Source: Psammoneis japonica (taxonomy: Eukaryota). From it: 64,000 bases of DNA. This document shows positions 31,133 through 43,218 of the stretch, piece by piece. The notes beneath the pieces were generated by a model that worked only from the letters and a program-made list of their open reading frames with translations, searched no databases and had not been told where the DNA came from. Numbering within the stretch: position 1 is the first letter of the stretch; every line of letters starts with the position of its first letter. Where the stretch lies: contig QPGO01000126.1 of assembly GCA_008632985.1 (NCBI GenBank), positions 1 to 64,000 on the forward strand. Direction: 5' to 3'. Made by a program: the position numbers and the translations under genes.

Positions 31133-34100
31133 TCACCGGCTTCGAAATGTTGGAGAGAGCCCAGCGCCTTCGCCCCTGTCCCAGATTCCCTCGAAGTTCT
31201 TTAGCATGTTTTCCTTGGTACTGATTGACTCACCAGTTTTCATGCTAGTGACGGATCGGTGGACGTTTGGGTAGACGAAGAACGGAAGGCTGATCCTCCC
31301 CTTCGCATGTCCAGTGATACGAACGCGATGGGGTGCAGATATAATGGCTCCTCCTGTCCAGTGTTCAAGCAGGTCTCCAGCGAACAACACGGGCACGCCA
31401 GGATAACCGTGGATCCGACGCCACTCTCCATCGACGTACAGCTCGGGTGGGTCGTCGGTGAAGAAAAGGATCGTGAAGACTCCGTTGTCCGTATGCACGC
31501 CAGCAAATGACTGACTGTATGCGGGATAGTGGATGGCTCGTTGAATCAAGGTCGGCTTATCCAGCAGCGTTTCCATCCTGTTGTCGGAAGCTGCATCGAA
31601 ATAGCTATCCAGACACGAGTTGATCACAGGTACAGCCTCTACCATCACCTTGCGCTGAAGTGAATGGAGTGAATCAGCAAACGCCGGTGCAACGTCATAT
31701 TCAGGCAGGACGGTAGGGCCAATAAAAGGATGTGTCTGCGGATCTTCTGGCAGTGCTTGGCCCTCGAGACCCAAATCAAAAACTTCCTTAAAGTCCGGAC
31801 CTTCGAAAGTGTTTAAGGTCTCGCCGTGTACAGCCACGTAGCCCCTTGCTTTTTCCGGGAATACCGACTGAACTTTGCTTGTGTACCGATTCTTCGTTTC
31901 AGGTGACAAATGAAAAAAGTTTAGGCATGCTTGAACAGCATCTTGAGGAAACCCCACAAAACCATCAAGAAATACAATTCCGTCTGACTTTAGCCCGTTC
32001 ACCAAGCGATCAACCTCAACTCCATCCCTATCCTCGAGCTTATTGAAGGCAATGGTATCCAGAAAAGCGGGTTCAGGAGAAACCAACCGACTCACGTCAC
32101 ACACCGGAGCAAGGAGGGACGGATCAGTGGACACCATCGTTTTAACGGCATCAACTATCTCCTGCGTAACCACCAGATTAAGGCCAGCTGTCGCATCTTG
32201 AATTTTAGGGACTATCTTCAAGGCGTCCTTGCAGTACTCAGAGTTGTAGAGGTGAAGGTTATCTGATACCCAGCACGCACCAACACTCCAAGTAATGAAA
32301 TCATGGGGGTCAAGTCCCATACCAAGTCCAAGCGCTTCAGCGTCCAAGTAGGCAAGCAAGTTCGTGTACGTTACCCATTCCCGCACTGTTTCAAGCACCT
32401 TTTGTTGCTCAGCAGACGGAGTGAACGAGCTCGAAAGGTACTTGTCTGGAATAACGGGCTGCTTGCGTCCAATGCTGTCACAATAGTAGGTGCTGTGCTT
32501 GTAGGTCTTGTCAGCTCCATGAGGGGACGGGCTTACCCAATTCTCCTCTCTCAGAGAAACTCCGGTGTCGTGTTCGGTAATAGTGTTGACCAATAAATGA
32601 TTCAACTTGGCCAACTCGGTTTCATCGTAGCCACTAGCGATACGATTGAAAAACTTCACTGTGGCTGGAAGAACACGGCTCGCAGAATGCTTACTTCCTT
32701 TTGCACGAAATTCCTTTTCCAGGTCCATCGTCAAATTGACATCTTTGACGACGACCTCAAGAGTGCAAGACCTGTCGTAGCTGCCATCCAGAAGACACGG
32801 AACAAAGTGCCGCATAGTCGCCGACATGCTGCTGCCCTGTTCAAGAAATCGCCAAGCATAGTGAGGAGGGATCCCTGAAAGCTTGCAAATAGCAAGAGCC
32901 TCGCCCGAGATAGCTGTAGCAAGGTAAAACATCAGATTAGTGAGTAGCTTGATGGTTTGAGCTTTGCCGATCTCATCCGAAACAAAGAAAGACTTGGCAC
33001 TAATCACATCCAACTCATCGACAACTTGAGCGTATCCTTTGCGCGACCCAGCAGCATAAAACGATGCATTACCAACGTCAACGCCGAGCTGGTGAAGGTT
33101 ACTGACGGGAATTTCCAGCGGCAAGACATTGTTGACTTTGCACAACTCCGCGAGCTTGACCGTCACGTGGTAATCCGTGGTGGAGAAGTCCGCCCACACG
33201 GACCCAGGCTTCATGGCGGCAATGGCATTCCCCGATCCAGTCATGACGTCCTCTACATCCCGCGGAAGGGGTAGATTCGTAATTACAAAATCGGCATTCT
33301 TCACTGCATCTTGAGCATGGTCGTGCCAAGTACCTCCTAGCTCCTCCATTTCTTCCTTGGTGGTGTAGGCGAGCGAATCTGGGTACTTGTCAAACATGTC
33401 AACACTGTATGCTTGAGCAAGAAAAAGTTTCACCATTGCCGATCCCATACGCCCAACTCCAAGCATTGCGATGCGGCGAGACGTACGCTTCTTTTGCGCC
33501 GTGTTCTTGTAAATTGTGACAAGCTTGGCGTCCACACCGATGAGGTAGGGAATCCGTTCCACAGAAATGTCAGCGACTTCGCGCAACTCATCCAGAGCAG
33601 CCTTGAAGTGGGTTTCATAAAAAGTTTCTCGGACCGTAAACATGATTACGCCCCCCGGCTTGGCGATTCGTAGAAACTCTCGCAACGCTGGATTCGGGAA
33701 AACGTGACCTTCCAGGAAGGCTCCCACGCACGTAATGGCTTCAAATTCATCCTTTGGATACTGCGCTAAACTTTTGTTCATGTCGACTTGACGCAAAGTT
33801 TCGTAGTATGGGGCAGCTTCCTCCAGCATATGCTCACTCAAATCGCACCCATGAATCGACCACTCTCTCTTACAATTCTCCGTCTTGTTCAAGTTCACGA
33901 GGTTCTGTCCTACTAAACCAGTCCCACACGCTGCATCCAAGACCTTGATGCGATTTTCTTTCTTGTCTGCAAAATGAGACACGACCTTTTTCGCCACAGT
34001 GGTCGGTCCTTCGTATTGCAGACTCTCCACGTGCCTCTCGTATTTGGCTGCCCATTTTTCATAAACTTTCGAGTTGTCCTTTGATGTGTCTAATGCGTCT

Positions 34101-34189
34101 CGATGCAGTTGCGCCAGTTCCTTCTCATCCTTGTCAGAGGCAGCGACGCCAGGCACATTCTGACCGCTTCCGTTCCTCATTGTGCTCAC
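31133..34189 (-). CDS. Triple fusion: class I SAM methyltransferase, NAD(P)-dependent beta-hydroxyacid dehydrogenase (3-hydroxyisobutyrate DH family) and IPNS-like 2OG-Fe(II) oxygenase
   Basis: VLDAACGTGLVG, CDLSEHML, KPGG; GVGRMG, DFSTTD, IKLLTN, VKD; FFHL..ETK, RGY, DFKEVFD, HYP, HTD, SAPHRV, RISLPFF; intronless. Confidence 0.9.
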   Translation of the reverse strand: MSTMRNGSGQNVPGVAASDKDEKELAQLHRDALDTSKDNSKVYEKWAAKYERHVESLQYEGPTTVAKKVVSHFADKKENRIKVLDAACGTGLVGQNLVNLNKTENCKREWSIHGCDLSEHMLEEAAPYYETLRQVDMNKSLAQYPKDEFEAITCVGAFLEGHVFPNPALREFLRIAKPGGVIMFTVRETFYETHFKAALDELREVADISVERIPYLIGVDAKLVTIYKNTAQKKRTSRRIAMLGVGRMGSAMVKLFLAQAYSVDMFDKYPDSLAYTTKEEMEELGGTWHDHAQDAVKNADFVITNLPLPRDVEDVMTGSGNAIAAMKPGSVWADFSTTDYHVTVKLAELCKVNNVLPLEIPVSNLHQLGVDVGNASFYAAGSRKGYAQVVDELDVISAKSFFVSDEIGKAQTIKLLTNLMFYLATAISGEALAICKLSGIPPHYAWRFLEQGSSMSATMRHFVPCLLDGSYDRSCTLEVVVKDVNLTMDLEKEFRAKGSKHSASRVLPATVKFFNRIASGYDETELAKLNHLLVNTITEHDTGVSLREENWVSPSPHGADKTYKHSTYYCDSIGRKQPVIPDKYLSSSFTPSAEQQKVLETVREWVTYTNLLAYLDAEALGLGMGLDPHDFITWSVGACWVSDNLHLYNSEYCKDALKIVPKIQDATAGLNLVVTQEIVDAVKTMVSTDPSLLAPVCDVSRLVSPEPAFLDTIAFNKLEDRDGVEVDRLVNGLKSDGIVFLDGFVGFPQDAVQACLNFFHLSPETKNRYTSKVQSVFPEKARGYVAVHGETLNTFEGPDFKEVFDLGLEGQALPEDPQTHPFIGPTVLPEYDVAPAFADSLHSLQRKVMVEAVPVINSCLDSYFDAASDNRMETLLDKPTLIQRAIHYPAYSQSFAGVHTDNGVFTILFFTDDPPELYVDGEWRRIHGYPGVPVLFAGDLLEHWTGGAIISAPHRVRITGHAKGRISLPFFVYPNVHRSVTSMKTGESISTKENMLKNFEGIWDRGEGAGLSPTFRSR

Positions 34190-34446
34190 CTTTATCAGGC
34201 TTATAGTGCAGGTACTGTACTATTGTAGTTCACCTCTTGCACCTTGCAGATTGCAGAGCGATCTTTTCTCTGAAAGATCGTGCCGAAACTTGGGGGAAGT
34301 CTCCAGCCAGCTGCTGGCTGAAAAAATTCTGTCCGTCAGTGCGTTAGGGGTATAAAATTCCACGACCCAACGCACTGTTGGCGCAATTTGATGCCCATGA
34401 CGATGGCAAAAGACGGCTCCCGGGGGCTTCTATTTTGTGTACTACA

Positions 34447-34782
34447 ATGTGTCCAACGCCTTCTATAAACACTGTTTGTATTAATGAAGAAAGCTCGCCG
34501 CAATTCGAGGTGTCCGTTGCCAACGGCAGTGATGTGTGCAAGGCGGGGTTCATGCTTCCATCGTTACCCGCTGGATCCATGGTTCCAATTCCAGCGGCGA
34601 AGATTCGTGGAGTCAAGGCTCTCATTGACGACACCATGCTACCAAACGATATGAAAGACAATGACAATGCTATGTGGACGGATCCAAAGCTCCACACCGT
34701 ACGAAGTTCAGTATCAGATGCAGTAGGTCTACAGTATGATCGATACTGGGTGATGGAGGGCAATATGGTGCAGATGGAGTGA
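34447..34782 (+). CDS. Possible small hypothetical protein or gene fragment
   Basis: Short ORF with protein-like composition; no family recognised. Confidence 0.25.
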   Translation: MCPTPSINTVCINEESSPQFEVSVANGSDVCKAGFMLPSLPAGSMVPIPAAKIRGVKALIDDTMLPNDMKDNDNAMWTDPKLHTVRSSVSDAVGLQYDRYWVMEGNMVQME

Positions 34783-34978
34783 CTTTTTCTGAAATTTTTA
34801 CAACGTGTAATCGTTGACGTGGGGGGGCAAGGTCGGGGGTCGCAGGCGTCGTCAGGACGACATAAGCAGTACCTATGTAGGGTCCTACTACTGTACTAGG
34901 GCCCTTAACTGTACGTACAGTACCTACCGTAAGCACATTCTTTTGTGGACAGAAGTAAAAGAGAGTAAAAGAGTGACA

Positions 34979-36690
34979 ATGGCGCCTGTCAAAGAGAAAT
35001 CCGTTAGAGATGGACTGAACCAGAAAGATCAGTTAGAGCTTGATGCCATTGCCAGCATCTTGGGCAAAAAAGGCGACGAAGAACTCACCCGGAGTGCTAT
35101 GGATAAACTCATCCTCGACAAGGTTGGTCACCATGTGAGCGACAGCATCATGGCGGAGATCTTCCAAGAGTGCGATACCGACAACAGTGGCACTGTTTCT
35201 GTTGATGAGTTTGGGAACTACATCCGGAACTTAAAGGGGAGTACTACAAGGGGCGAAAAAGTTCGCTACGTAGTCTGCAAACTCACCTTCTCCATGGATT
35301 GGTGGGCCTTCATCATGTTTCTGATTGCACTTCTTACTTCCGTGACTCTCAATGTCTATTCCCGGCTTGGGATACTGCCAAGAGATTTCAATTTCTATGG
35401 GATGAATGCGCTTTTGTATGTCTTTGGCTGCTACGCCTATGTCGCCCGGATATACGATAGGATTTCTAAGGATTACGACCTCATTGAAATTGTAAACGGA
35501 AAGATCATAACGTGGGTTGAATCACTGGACGAGGAGAGTGGCGTGGTCTCGTCCAAGGAATTGACGCCGCATCAACTCTTTACCCTCCTCGAAAAGAAGG
35601 ACTGTATGTTCCTTATGATACCTTCTATAAAGTGTTCCGCCGGATCGACAAAGACAAAAGTGGGACACTGAGTTTGTCCGAGGTCAAGGACTACGCAGCT
35701 AAAGAACGAGCGCGGGGTCCACTCACTCGGCTACAATTCCATCGCAAGGTACTTAGGAGGTGCTATCTGTCTCTCGATTACTGGTTAAACTGGGGTTGGG
35801 TTATGGGAAGCGTATGCTTTGCGGTTGTTGCTTTCAAGGAGGACTTGTCCGAGACTGAATCTCTTCACATTGCTGGGGCTGGATGTATCCTATTCCTTAT
35901 TAGTGCCTTCTTTCAGCACGTGACAAACTACAAGAGCACAGGTCGTTTCCTGGACCGTGCAGAGGAGTTGAATGCTGTCTTCTTGTCGATAGTTAAGGAG
36001 CAATCCATGAGAACATCAATCATGCGAAGAGGAGGAAATAATATGGCTATCTCCGATGCCTCGATGCGCCGTGTATCCGAGAATGCGGAGGAAGATTCAA
36101 ATATAAAGGAGGCTTGTCATCAAGTCTTTGAGAGTTTTGATAGACAGGGTAAGGATGGGGCTGGTGATGGCAACTTGGATTTCATCGAGCTCTACGAGGC
36201 TCTTTCGGGATTCGGTATTGTCATTGAACTTGATGTACTTCGTTTTATTTTCAACCAGGCTGATGTGAACGGCGACAAAAGCCTTCAGCCTGAAGAATTT
36301 GTTCGTTATATCTTCAGCATTAAAAGAAGCAAAACTCCTCAGGAAAGACGCCGAGAAATCATTAGGGCCATGTCGAAGACCACCTATTTCTGGATGTGTT
36401 GGTTGCAAGTTTTCGCGGGGTTTGTCATCACTCTTGTGAACTACTACGACATGTCTGCTGAGACAGCGCGCAACTGGAGCTTGGCTGGAAACTTTTCATG
36501 GATGATTCCCGTTATATGGTATCTATGGGTGATTGTCAGAGGACATGTGGACTACTTTGAAGCATCGTCTAGAAGCAAGATCCATTTGAAGGAATTTTTC
36601 TTGAGCGAGGCCACCAAGACGCAGCACACTTCCACCTCCGTGTTGATTTCCGCTCGAGTTTTGTATCGTGGTGCCATGCCCCCTCACTAA
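34979..36690 (+). CDS. Membrane protein with three modules of EF-hand(s) plus two TM helices; 1-bp frameshift near 35600
   Basis: EF loops DTDNSGTVSVDE, DKDKSGTLSLSE, DGAGDGNLDFIE, DVNGDKSLQPEE; adding one base at aagaagga|ctgtat joins the two ORFs (..KKGLYVPYDTFYKVFRRID..). Confidence 0.75.
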
Positions 36691-37267
36691 TGTTTTATCT
36701 GCTGTAACTATCTACGGTATGGCCACTTTTGCAGACGTAAGCGTTGAACTAGAAACCCCTAGTAATCACAAAGCAACGTGATGAATCGCACTGCCTGCGT
36801 TCAAGTTGAGACAAAAAACTTGCTTCAACAACAGCACGTCTGCGGGACAGCAGTCTCTCAGCTTATCATATATGGCGTCGTTGTCGTGGCTGATAGTTGC
36901 TCTTCCTGGCTTTGCCGGAGCTACCGTAAGGTGCGTCGTACGCATTCTTGGCTGCTGTCTGGTTCGCTTACTTTTCTTGTTTTCTCGACACTTCCAAAGA
37001 TCCTCCTTCTTTTTGACTCTTCTTTTTGTGATCGCTTGTTTTTCATGGGTAGTGGCGTCGTGGGACGTAGGCACGAGTTGAGCCGAGCCTGTGGCCTTTC
37101 TCAAAGCGCCATTGCAGCTCAAGTTCGTCCTCCAGGCGGGGCAAGAGTGATGGTAAAAAGAAAGCACTTTCCTCGGGGCGTCCGGCGTTTCTGCAGAAAA
37201 TTATCTGCGCTCGAATTCATCCAATTCGGGGCAAGCCTCAGACTTAGCTGGACGAGAGGTTTAGATG

Positions 37268-37770
37268 TGATGCATAGACTTGCAGTCTTGAGAGCCCTCA
37301 GCTCCAGTGCCATATCCGAAGGCATATTTATTCTTGCAAGGCTGGTGTCAAGGCACATTGACGATTCACCGAGAAATGTGTTTCCCTTTTGGGGAAAAAA
37401 GACTTGATTGCAGTACAGTTGTTGGCATATACCGTCTATCTCTCGCACAAATCCAAATTCCTTGGTTGGTTGCGATAAATATATCGAGGCGTTTGAAAGT
37501 AGAGCAGGTTTTGATTGAATTGATAAAGAATCCCACCTCTGTGCTGATTTGGTTTATCGCCAATGAAATTGGCATCCAAAGCCACGAGCTACTGGCAGAC
37601 ATTCTTCGTCACGCCTACCTCTGCCTTGACAAAATCGCTATCAAACAGGCACGGGTCCCCGAAACGCAAATAAAAGTACTCAATGCTCTCAGCAGAGCCG
37701 AGACATAAATGTCGGCTAGTGAATTCCACAAAGGAATCGTTTGAGGTGGTACCAAAACGGTAACCGAAAC
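37268..37770. repeat. Dispersed repeat, copy B (homologous to about 3655-4430)
   Basis: Same shared blocks as copy A, in the same orientation, with internal deletions. Confidence 0.8.
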
Positions 37771-38323
37771 AACGGTAACCGAAACATCAATAATGGAGCT
37801 GGGAAGAAAAGCCCAATCAGAGAGCAGACTGCATCATACAATGTGCATGCCACATTGACCTGGTGCAGAATTTCCTTGATTGTATTTGAAGCAACCGACG
37901 ACAGTTTGCTTGACAAGGTGGGAAGTGTATCGCCGGCCTTTGCTTGATATCTTCTTCGGCTTCTACTGTGAGAAGCAGTCTTGCAACTCTGCCTCCTGGT
38001 CACCCGTGTACTCGGGCCATGAGACCTCAACATCGACGCCTATTTTTGCTTGCCAACATAGGTTTACACCGGCACTCAAAAAGCTTGCGCATTTAAACCG
38101 TTGTTCTTCGCACCAAGATCCGCGAGGGTCAGGTTCGTGTCTCTAGCAAAGCCATCAGTCCCTATCAAAAACATTCCTTTATTAAAAAGTTTTGGCACGC
38201 GTGTTGCTATCGCAATCGCAAAATCACCGTTTTTTTTTGTTTGGCGTTTATTCCTTGAATCCCGAGGATCAAAAGCCGTACTTGACCGAAGAACAAAAGC
38301 GGGCTCGATTTCCACAAGACTAC

Positions 38324-39150
38324 ATGTCTCCAGAAGAACGAGCCAAACTTGACGCAGAACGGGAGAAACGAGCTCAAGAACAAGCCAAGATCCAAACCGA
38401 GCAGGCCAAGATTCGAGTAGCACAGGATCGAAAGCTCTTTCCAGAGCAATTCATCAATCAAGAAGCGATTCTTGACATTTGCAACAAGAACAAGAAACGC
38501 ATGATCGAAAACGTCGCAGACGTGACGTCTGATTCTAAGAAACGCAAGACAGATAGTGTTGATGATAATAGTATTGTCTACTTTACAATCGTGGGTCGGA
38601 ATCATTCTTTTGTATCAACCACCAAGGGACAACCGGTGAAGCTGGAACGAGAACCAAACAATGTGAGAACTTACATACCGGTATTTGTTGTGTGCCCTTA
38701 CGGTGCTGTTCTCGTTCTTATTCAGACTCACCTGACATTCGCTTTTCTCATTCCTTTGCCGTATTCTACTTTCACGATAAGTTTGCGATTCGCGTGGATA
38801 ATGCAAGAGGCGAGAAGCTTGGCTTTGTGAAAAAGGATATTGCACGCAAGCTGTCTCCCATTATCGACAAGCTCAAGACGGACGTTTGGGCCGAGGTTAC
38901 TGGCACGATTGAGAGTCATATGACTTCCGCCGTGATTGACTTTTGTAACTTGGACAAGTCTCCAGCGATTCGACCAAAATTGGACTTTTCCGGTGTTACA
39001 GACGATGTCATTGTCGCCAAGCCTCCAGCAAGGCGCATCACGACATCTCCAGTGTTTAAAGTTGCCAACCCTTATGCAAAAAAGGCAGCGACCCAAGTTT
39101 CAGAGCCAATCAAGAAGGACTCTGAACCAGTCGATTCAAAGAGTGAGTAG
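38324..39150 (+). CDS. HIRAN-domain protein with one probable intron (about 38663-38781; acceptor uncertain); start uncertain
   Basis: FTIVGRNH..GQPVKLEREPNN | DKFAIRVDNARGEKLGFVKKDIARKLSPIID; GTGAG donor right after PNN. Confidence 0.75.
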
Positions 39151-39406
39151 AAAAATGGCCAAAACGGGGTCACTTGGGAAGATTTAGTCAAAAGAGTCCG
39201 AAGGTGGTCACACACTTTCTCTTAATGCAGGAAATAGCGCTGTCTTGTAAGTTTCACTGGTCATCACAATACCGCGTCCTGAAACTTGGGTAAGCTATCT
39301 AGAGAGTATGTTCCAAATAAACTGCTAGGACAAAGGGCGGGTTCCATTTTTGGGAAAGGTTCATTTCTACTGTCGCGAGAGTCCGGTTACCTGAATGCAT
39401 CGCCTG

Positions 39407-42400
39407 CTATGTTGTTGATACTAGTACCGCCTTGATTCTCCTTATTGGGCCTCTACCCTTTGTATCCAGCACAAGCTCGAGTTGATTAGACTCTTTCGAA
39501 ATGCTCCGAGGCACCGAGTCATGCAACGACGCCTCGTTGTCCAGCACAAAAGCTGCGGGGACCTCAATTTTTGTTTTTGTTGAAAAGAACAAGGTCTCCA
39601 CTCCTGTTTGATAAAATACCTTCACCTTGACAACTGGCGGATAACCCTGCTTTCTCGCTTCCTTGACATTCTGGAAATCCCCCTGCACTTGCGACTTGTG
39701 AAACATTCCGGGTTGCAGAGGAATTGGATCTCCTTGGACTCTGACTTTACCGGTCGTCTTCAACTTTAACTTAACCGACATTGGACTGGTTACACGAATG
39801 TATTTGACGTTCTTGTCTGAAAGCTCCTTAACAGGAATCTTCTCTGATGGTTCAGCATCGTAGTTGGAAGGACCGTATCCTTGATAGTCTTTCTTGCAGT
39901 AGTTGAACAGATAGCCCGGAGAAAAATCAAATACATTACAGAAAGCGGGTGTAGATTTGGTCAAAGCGAGATACGTGCAACAAATAAACCGGTCGTTTGC
40001 TGCGCCTACTTGACTGCCAAGCTCGTTCATATACGTTTCTCCGCTGACGAAATAGGCGCTATTTGCGCATCCTGGAACACAATCTACTGGTTCATAGCCA
40101 GGCAGCTCATTTTCTTTTCCAATCAAGTCCGACCACCTGTTGCAGGTGGGAGTGGCATCGCAATTTGGAACGATGCCTCCCGTTGTGGCGTACGAATACT
40201 CATCCCCGAGTTCAAACAAGCTGTGTCCTACGGTAGAGAAACAACCAGAAAATGAAGTGATCAACGTATAGCATGACTCGACACCGAAAAAGACGATTGG
40301 TGCCTTCTTACCTAACTCATGAACCGCAATTATTGGTCCGTAAGGGTGTGTTGTCAATGTCGCTACATTTTCTTTTGTATAGCCACCTCCACCGTAGTTG
40401 CTGTCATTATGGATCACCAGGGTTTGAAGATTACTTCCAGCAGGGAAACATTTCCCGGACTGTGTGTGAGCTGTCGGCAAATCGCAGCATAGGAGCCGTT
40501 CGATCATTCCACAGTTTAAGTTGCAATACGACTTGTTTTTACGCAGCCTCTTAGGACTGACAACAAAGAAATTGACTCGGTGAATATCTCTGCTGAACAT
40601 GTTGAATTTGCTGAAATATCTGTGTATCTTGACGACCTGAGCACGCCACTCTGCGTTCGTGGCGATATCGAATCCCGACGGAACAAACACAATGTTGATA
40701 GCGTTTTCGTCAAACGGGGTACCATACTTATGATGAACAGGAAAACATTCATTTGAAGCCATGCACACACTATTTCGACAAGTGCCGCTGATACACTCCC
40801 TTCCATTAGCACACACCCTCCCGGTGCCCTTTAGAATACCTTGTTGGTCTTCAGGGGTCGGCGGGACGTTTCCATCATCTGGTGTCGATGAACCGGATGG
40901 GGTCAATGTCGGAGACTTGGCAGGCTCTGATGTTGAATCGGAAGCTCTTCCTACTGAAGGAGAAGTTGAATCCGAGGGGGGTGTAGTTGGGAAAAGAGTG
41001 GGAGACTGAGTTGGTGGTTGCGTTGGTTTTGGGTTAGAGGCGGTCGTCGGAGATGGCGTCGGTGGAATACTCGGACTCAGCGTGAGAGACTTGGCACCAC
41101 TTGTAGGATCAGCAGTTGGAGGCAACGTCGGAATTTTAGTAGGCAATGCTGTGGGACGCGAGGTCGGAGGGGGTGTCGGCAAGGGTGTTGGAGGCTTTGT
41201 AGGGTAAGGTGTTGAAGAGACTGTCGGACTAACTGTTGGAGGTGGAGGCGGTGGCAATGTCGGACTTTTTGTGGGCAATGTTGTCGGACGCGAAGTCGGA
41301 GGGGGTGTCGGCAAGGGTGTTGGAAGCTTTGTAGGGTCAGGCGTTGAAGAGACTGTCGGATGAAGTGTTGGAGATGGAGTCGGCGGCAATGTCGGACTTT
41401 TTGTGGGCAATGCTGTCGGACGCGAAGTCGGAGGGGTGTCGGCAAGGGTGTTGGGAGCTTTGTAGGGTAAGGAGTTGAAGAGACTGTCGGACGAAGTGTT
41501 GGAGGTGGAGTCGGCGGCTGTGCAGGCTCAATGAAGTTTCGCCACAGGAAATGATACGGCTGGTACCTTCCACTGTCTCCAGTGTCACTAGTCATTCGGC
41601 GAACTGTTTTCCACTCACTGCTATCCCAAAGACAAAAGCTGACGCCTGAATCGGCGTCTTGTACTGACAACATGATTTTGTTGCTATCTGGAGAAGATTC
41701 CAGAGTCATGGACATTGGGGCCCTACCCAGATCTGGTCCATCTTGCTCTCTTGACCAACTTCCGGACCACGTTCGGTACATAACCTTGTTTCCACTTCCT
41801 TTGTATGTAACAATGGCCTTCCCCGAATTCCCTTCAAAAGCGACGGCAATTCCATAGAAGCTAAAGATAGGCATGTCATATTCGGAGATCAGCTCAACAT
41901 CTCACCAGTCCTCGCCATCCCAGACTGCTACCCAAATCCTTCTTTCGTTCGTAGAAGCTACTAATACAATGCGGTTACTTGTTGGGTCAGTTGCAATCCT
42001 GAGATGCTTAGGTTTCGTCTTTACTGCTTTTGGCGGGCTCAAGTTATCCTCTTTACTCCAAGTATATCCTTCCGCTGTTCGATAGTAAACATCCTCATCC
42101 CTGTTTACATAGACAACAAGCGCTCGGCCTCTTGACTGTTCATAGGCAATGTCTGTATTCGTGGCATACATGTTGTCCATGTTCTTCAAATCGAAGTGTG
42201 GACCAGGTGTATGACCTCTGTACATGGTACACTGATCGGAACCACCTTGTGTTGCCAAAACTACCACCATATCGTCCGCCTTTGGATTCGAAACTAACTT
42301 GATGTTTCGCGGCATTCGATTCCCGAGAACAGTTCTAAAATTGATTTCCTTCTCCCAATCAAGTCCCATTCCATTTTTTAACCTTCATTGGAAACGATGG

Positions 42401-42799
42401 ATGATGCAACGAGTACCACATTACTACAGCACTACCACGCTGAGACTCATAAGCAACGTCAGCGGCCCATGAATAAGGATCTGAACGATACCAAGTATGC
42501 GAAAAAGGGATGTCTACCCAGCGTCCCTTGGTGTACATTTGGCCGCGAATTTTCTTTTCCTCTGTCATGCCAACCACAATGGCTTCATCACGAGTCGGTG
42601 ATGTGGCACCATTCATAGTGCGCCAACTTGTTCGTGTAGATAACATACTCTGTGCCGGGTTCATTTGATCACCGTCCCATAATGCGTATCCCGGTGGGTC
42701 ACTTGCTGCGTTTGCAAATATTGCAATCCCTTGGTCTTCGGCAGCAGCAAGTGACGGAATTGCAAGATAATATGTTACGCAAGCTGTGAACAGACGCAT
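39407..42799 (-). pseudogene. Secreted protein: signal peptide, W-x-G-x-x-W beta-repeat region, Pro/Thr linker and M64-like (HExxH) metallopeptidase; interrupted by 2 frameshifts and an in-frame TGA
   Basis: MRLFTACV..LAAAE; INIVFVPSGF, YGGGG, HELG|H..FELGDEY after splicing intron 40228-40311; breaks near 42360, 41902 and 41432. Confidence 0.7.
41110..41520. repeat. Coding tandem repeat of about 120 bp (Pro/Thr-rich linker)
   Basis: gttgaagagactgtcgga and gtcggcaagggtgttgg recur at about 120-bp spacing. Confidence 0.85.
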
Positions 42800-43218
42800 A
42801 TTGGTGCTTCGCTTGAGTGGATTACGACATCGAACACTTTGAGATGACATGATGAATTGAGATATGATTAGATTGGCTCCTCCGTACTGTACAGTACGAG
42901 TTTGAGAGTACTTCTATTCAAGCACGAGGTTTGTGGCCGAACTGTCATTCGTGCCTGCCGTTTTGTCCGGGCTTAAGTAGTGTGCTGGCATTGATGACTA
43001 CTGTATTTTATGACAACTTGTAAAAAGTCAACAATAAACAAAAGAAATGACCAATGCAGCAGTGTTGGCGTGCCGAGCTCTCGAGCTCTGTAAAGCTTGC
43101 TCTGACAACCCAACTCAACGCAAGCACACTCGCGCTCAACGCACATTGAGCGAGACAGTTCGCTCGCGTGCGTCGGCATGACAGCAAAGAAACCACGCCG
43201 CCGCACCTCGCTAGCTCT

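Noticed and set aside
28653..34189. Bacterial contamination of the assembly
   Set aside because: The fused architectures, absence of operon layout and contiguity with intron-containing genes and eukaryotic TEs favour genuine nuclear genes; read-level confirmation is still needed.
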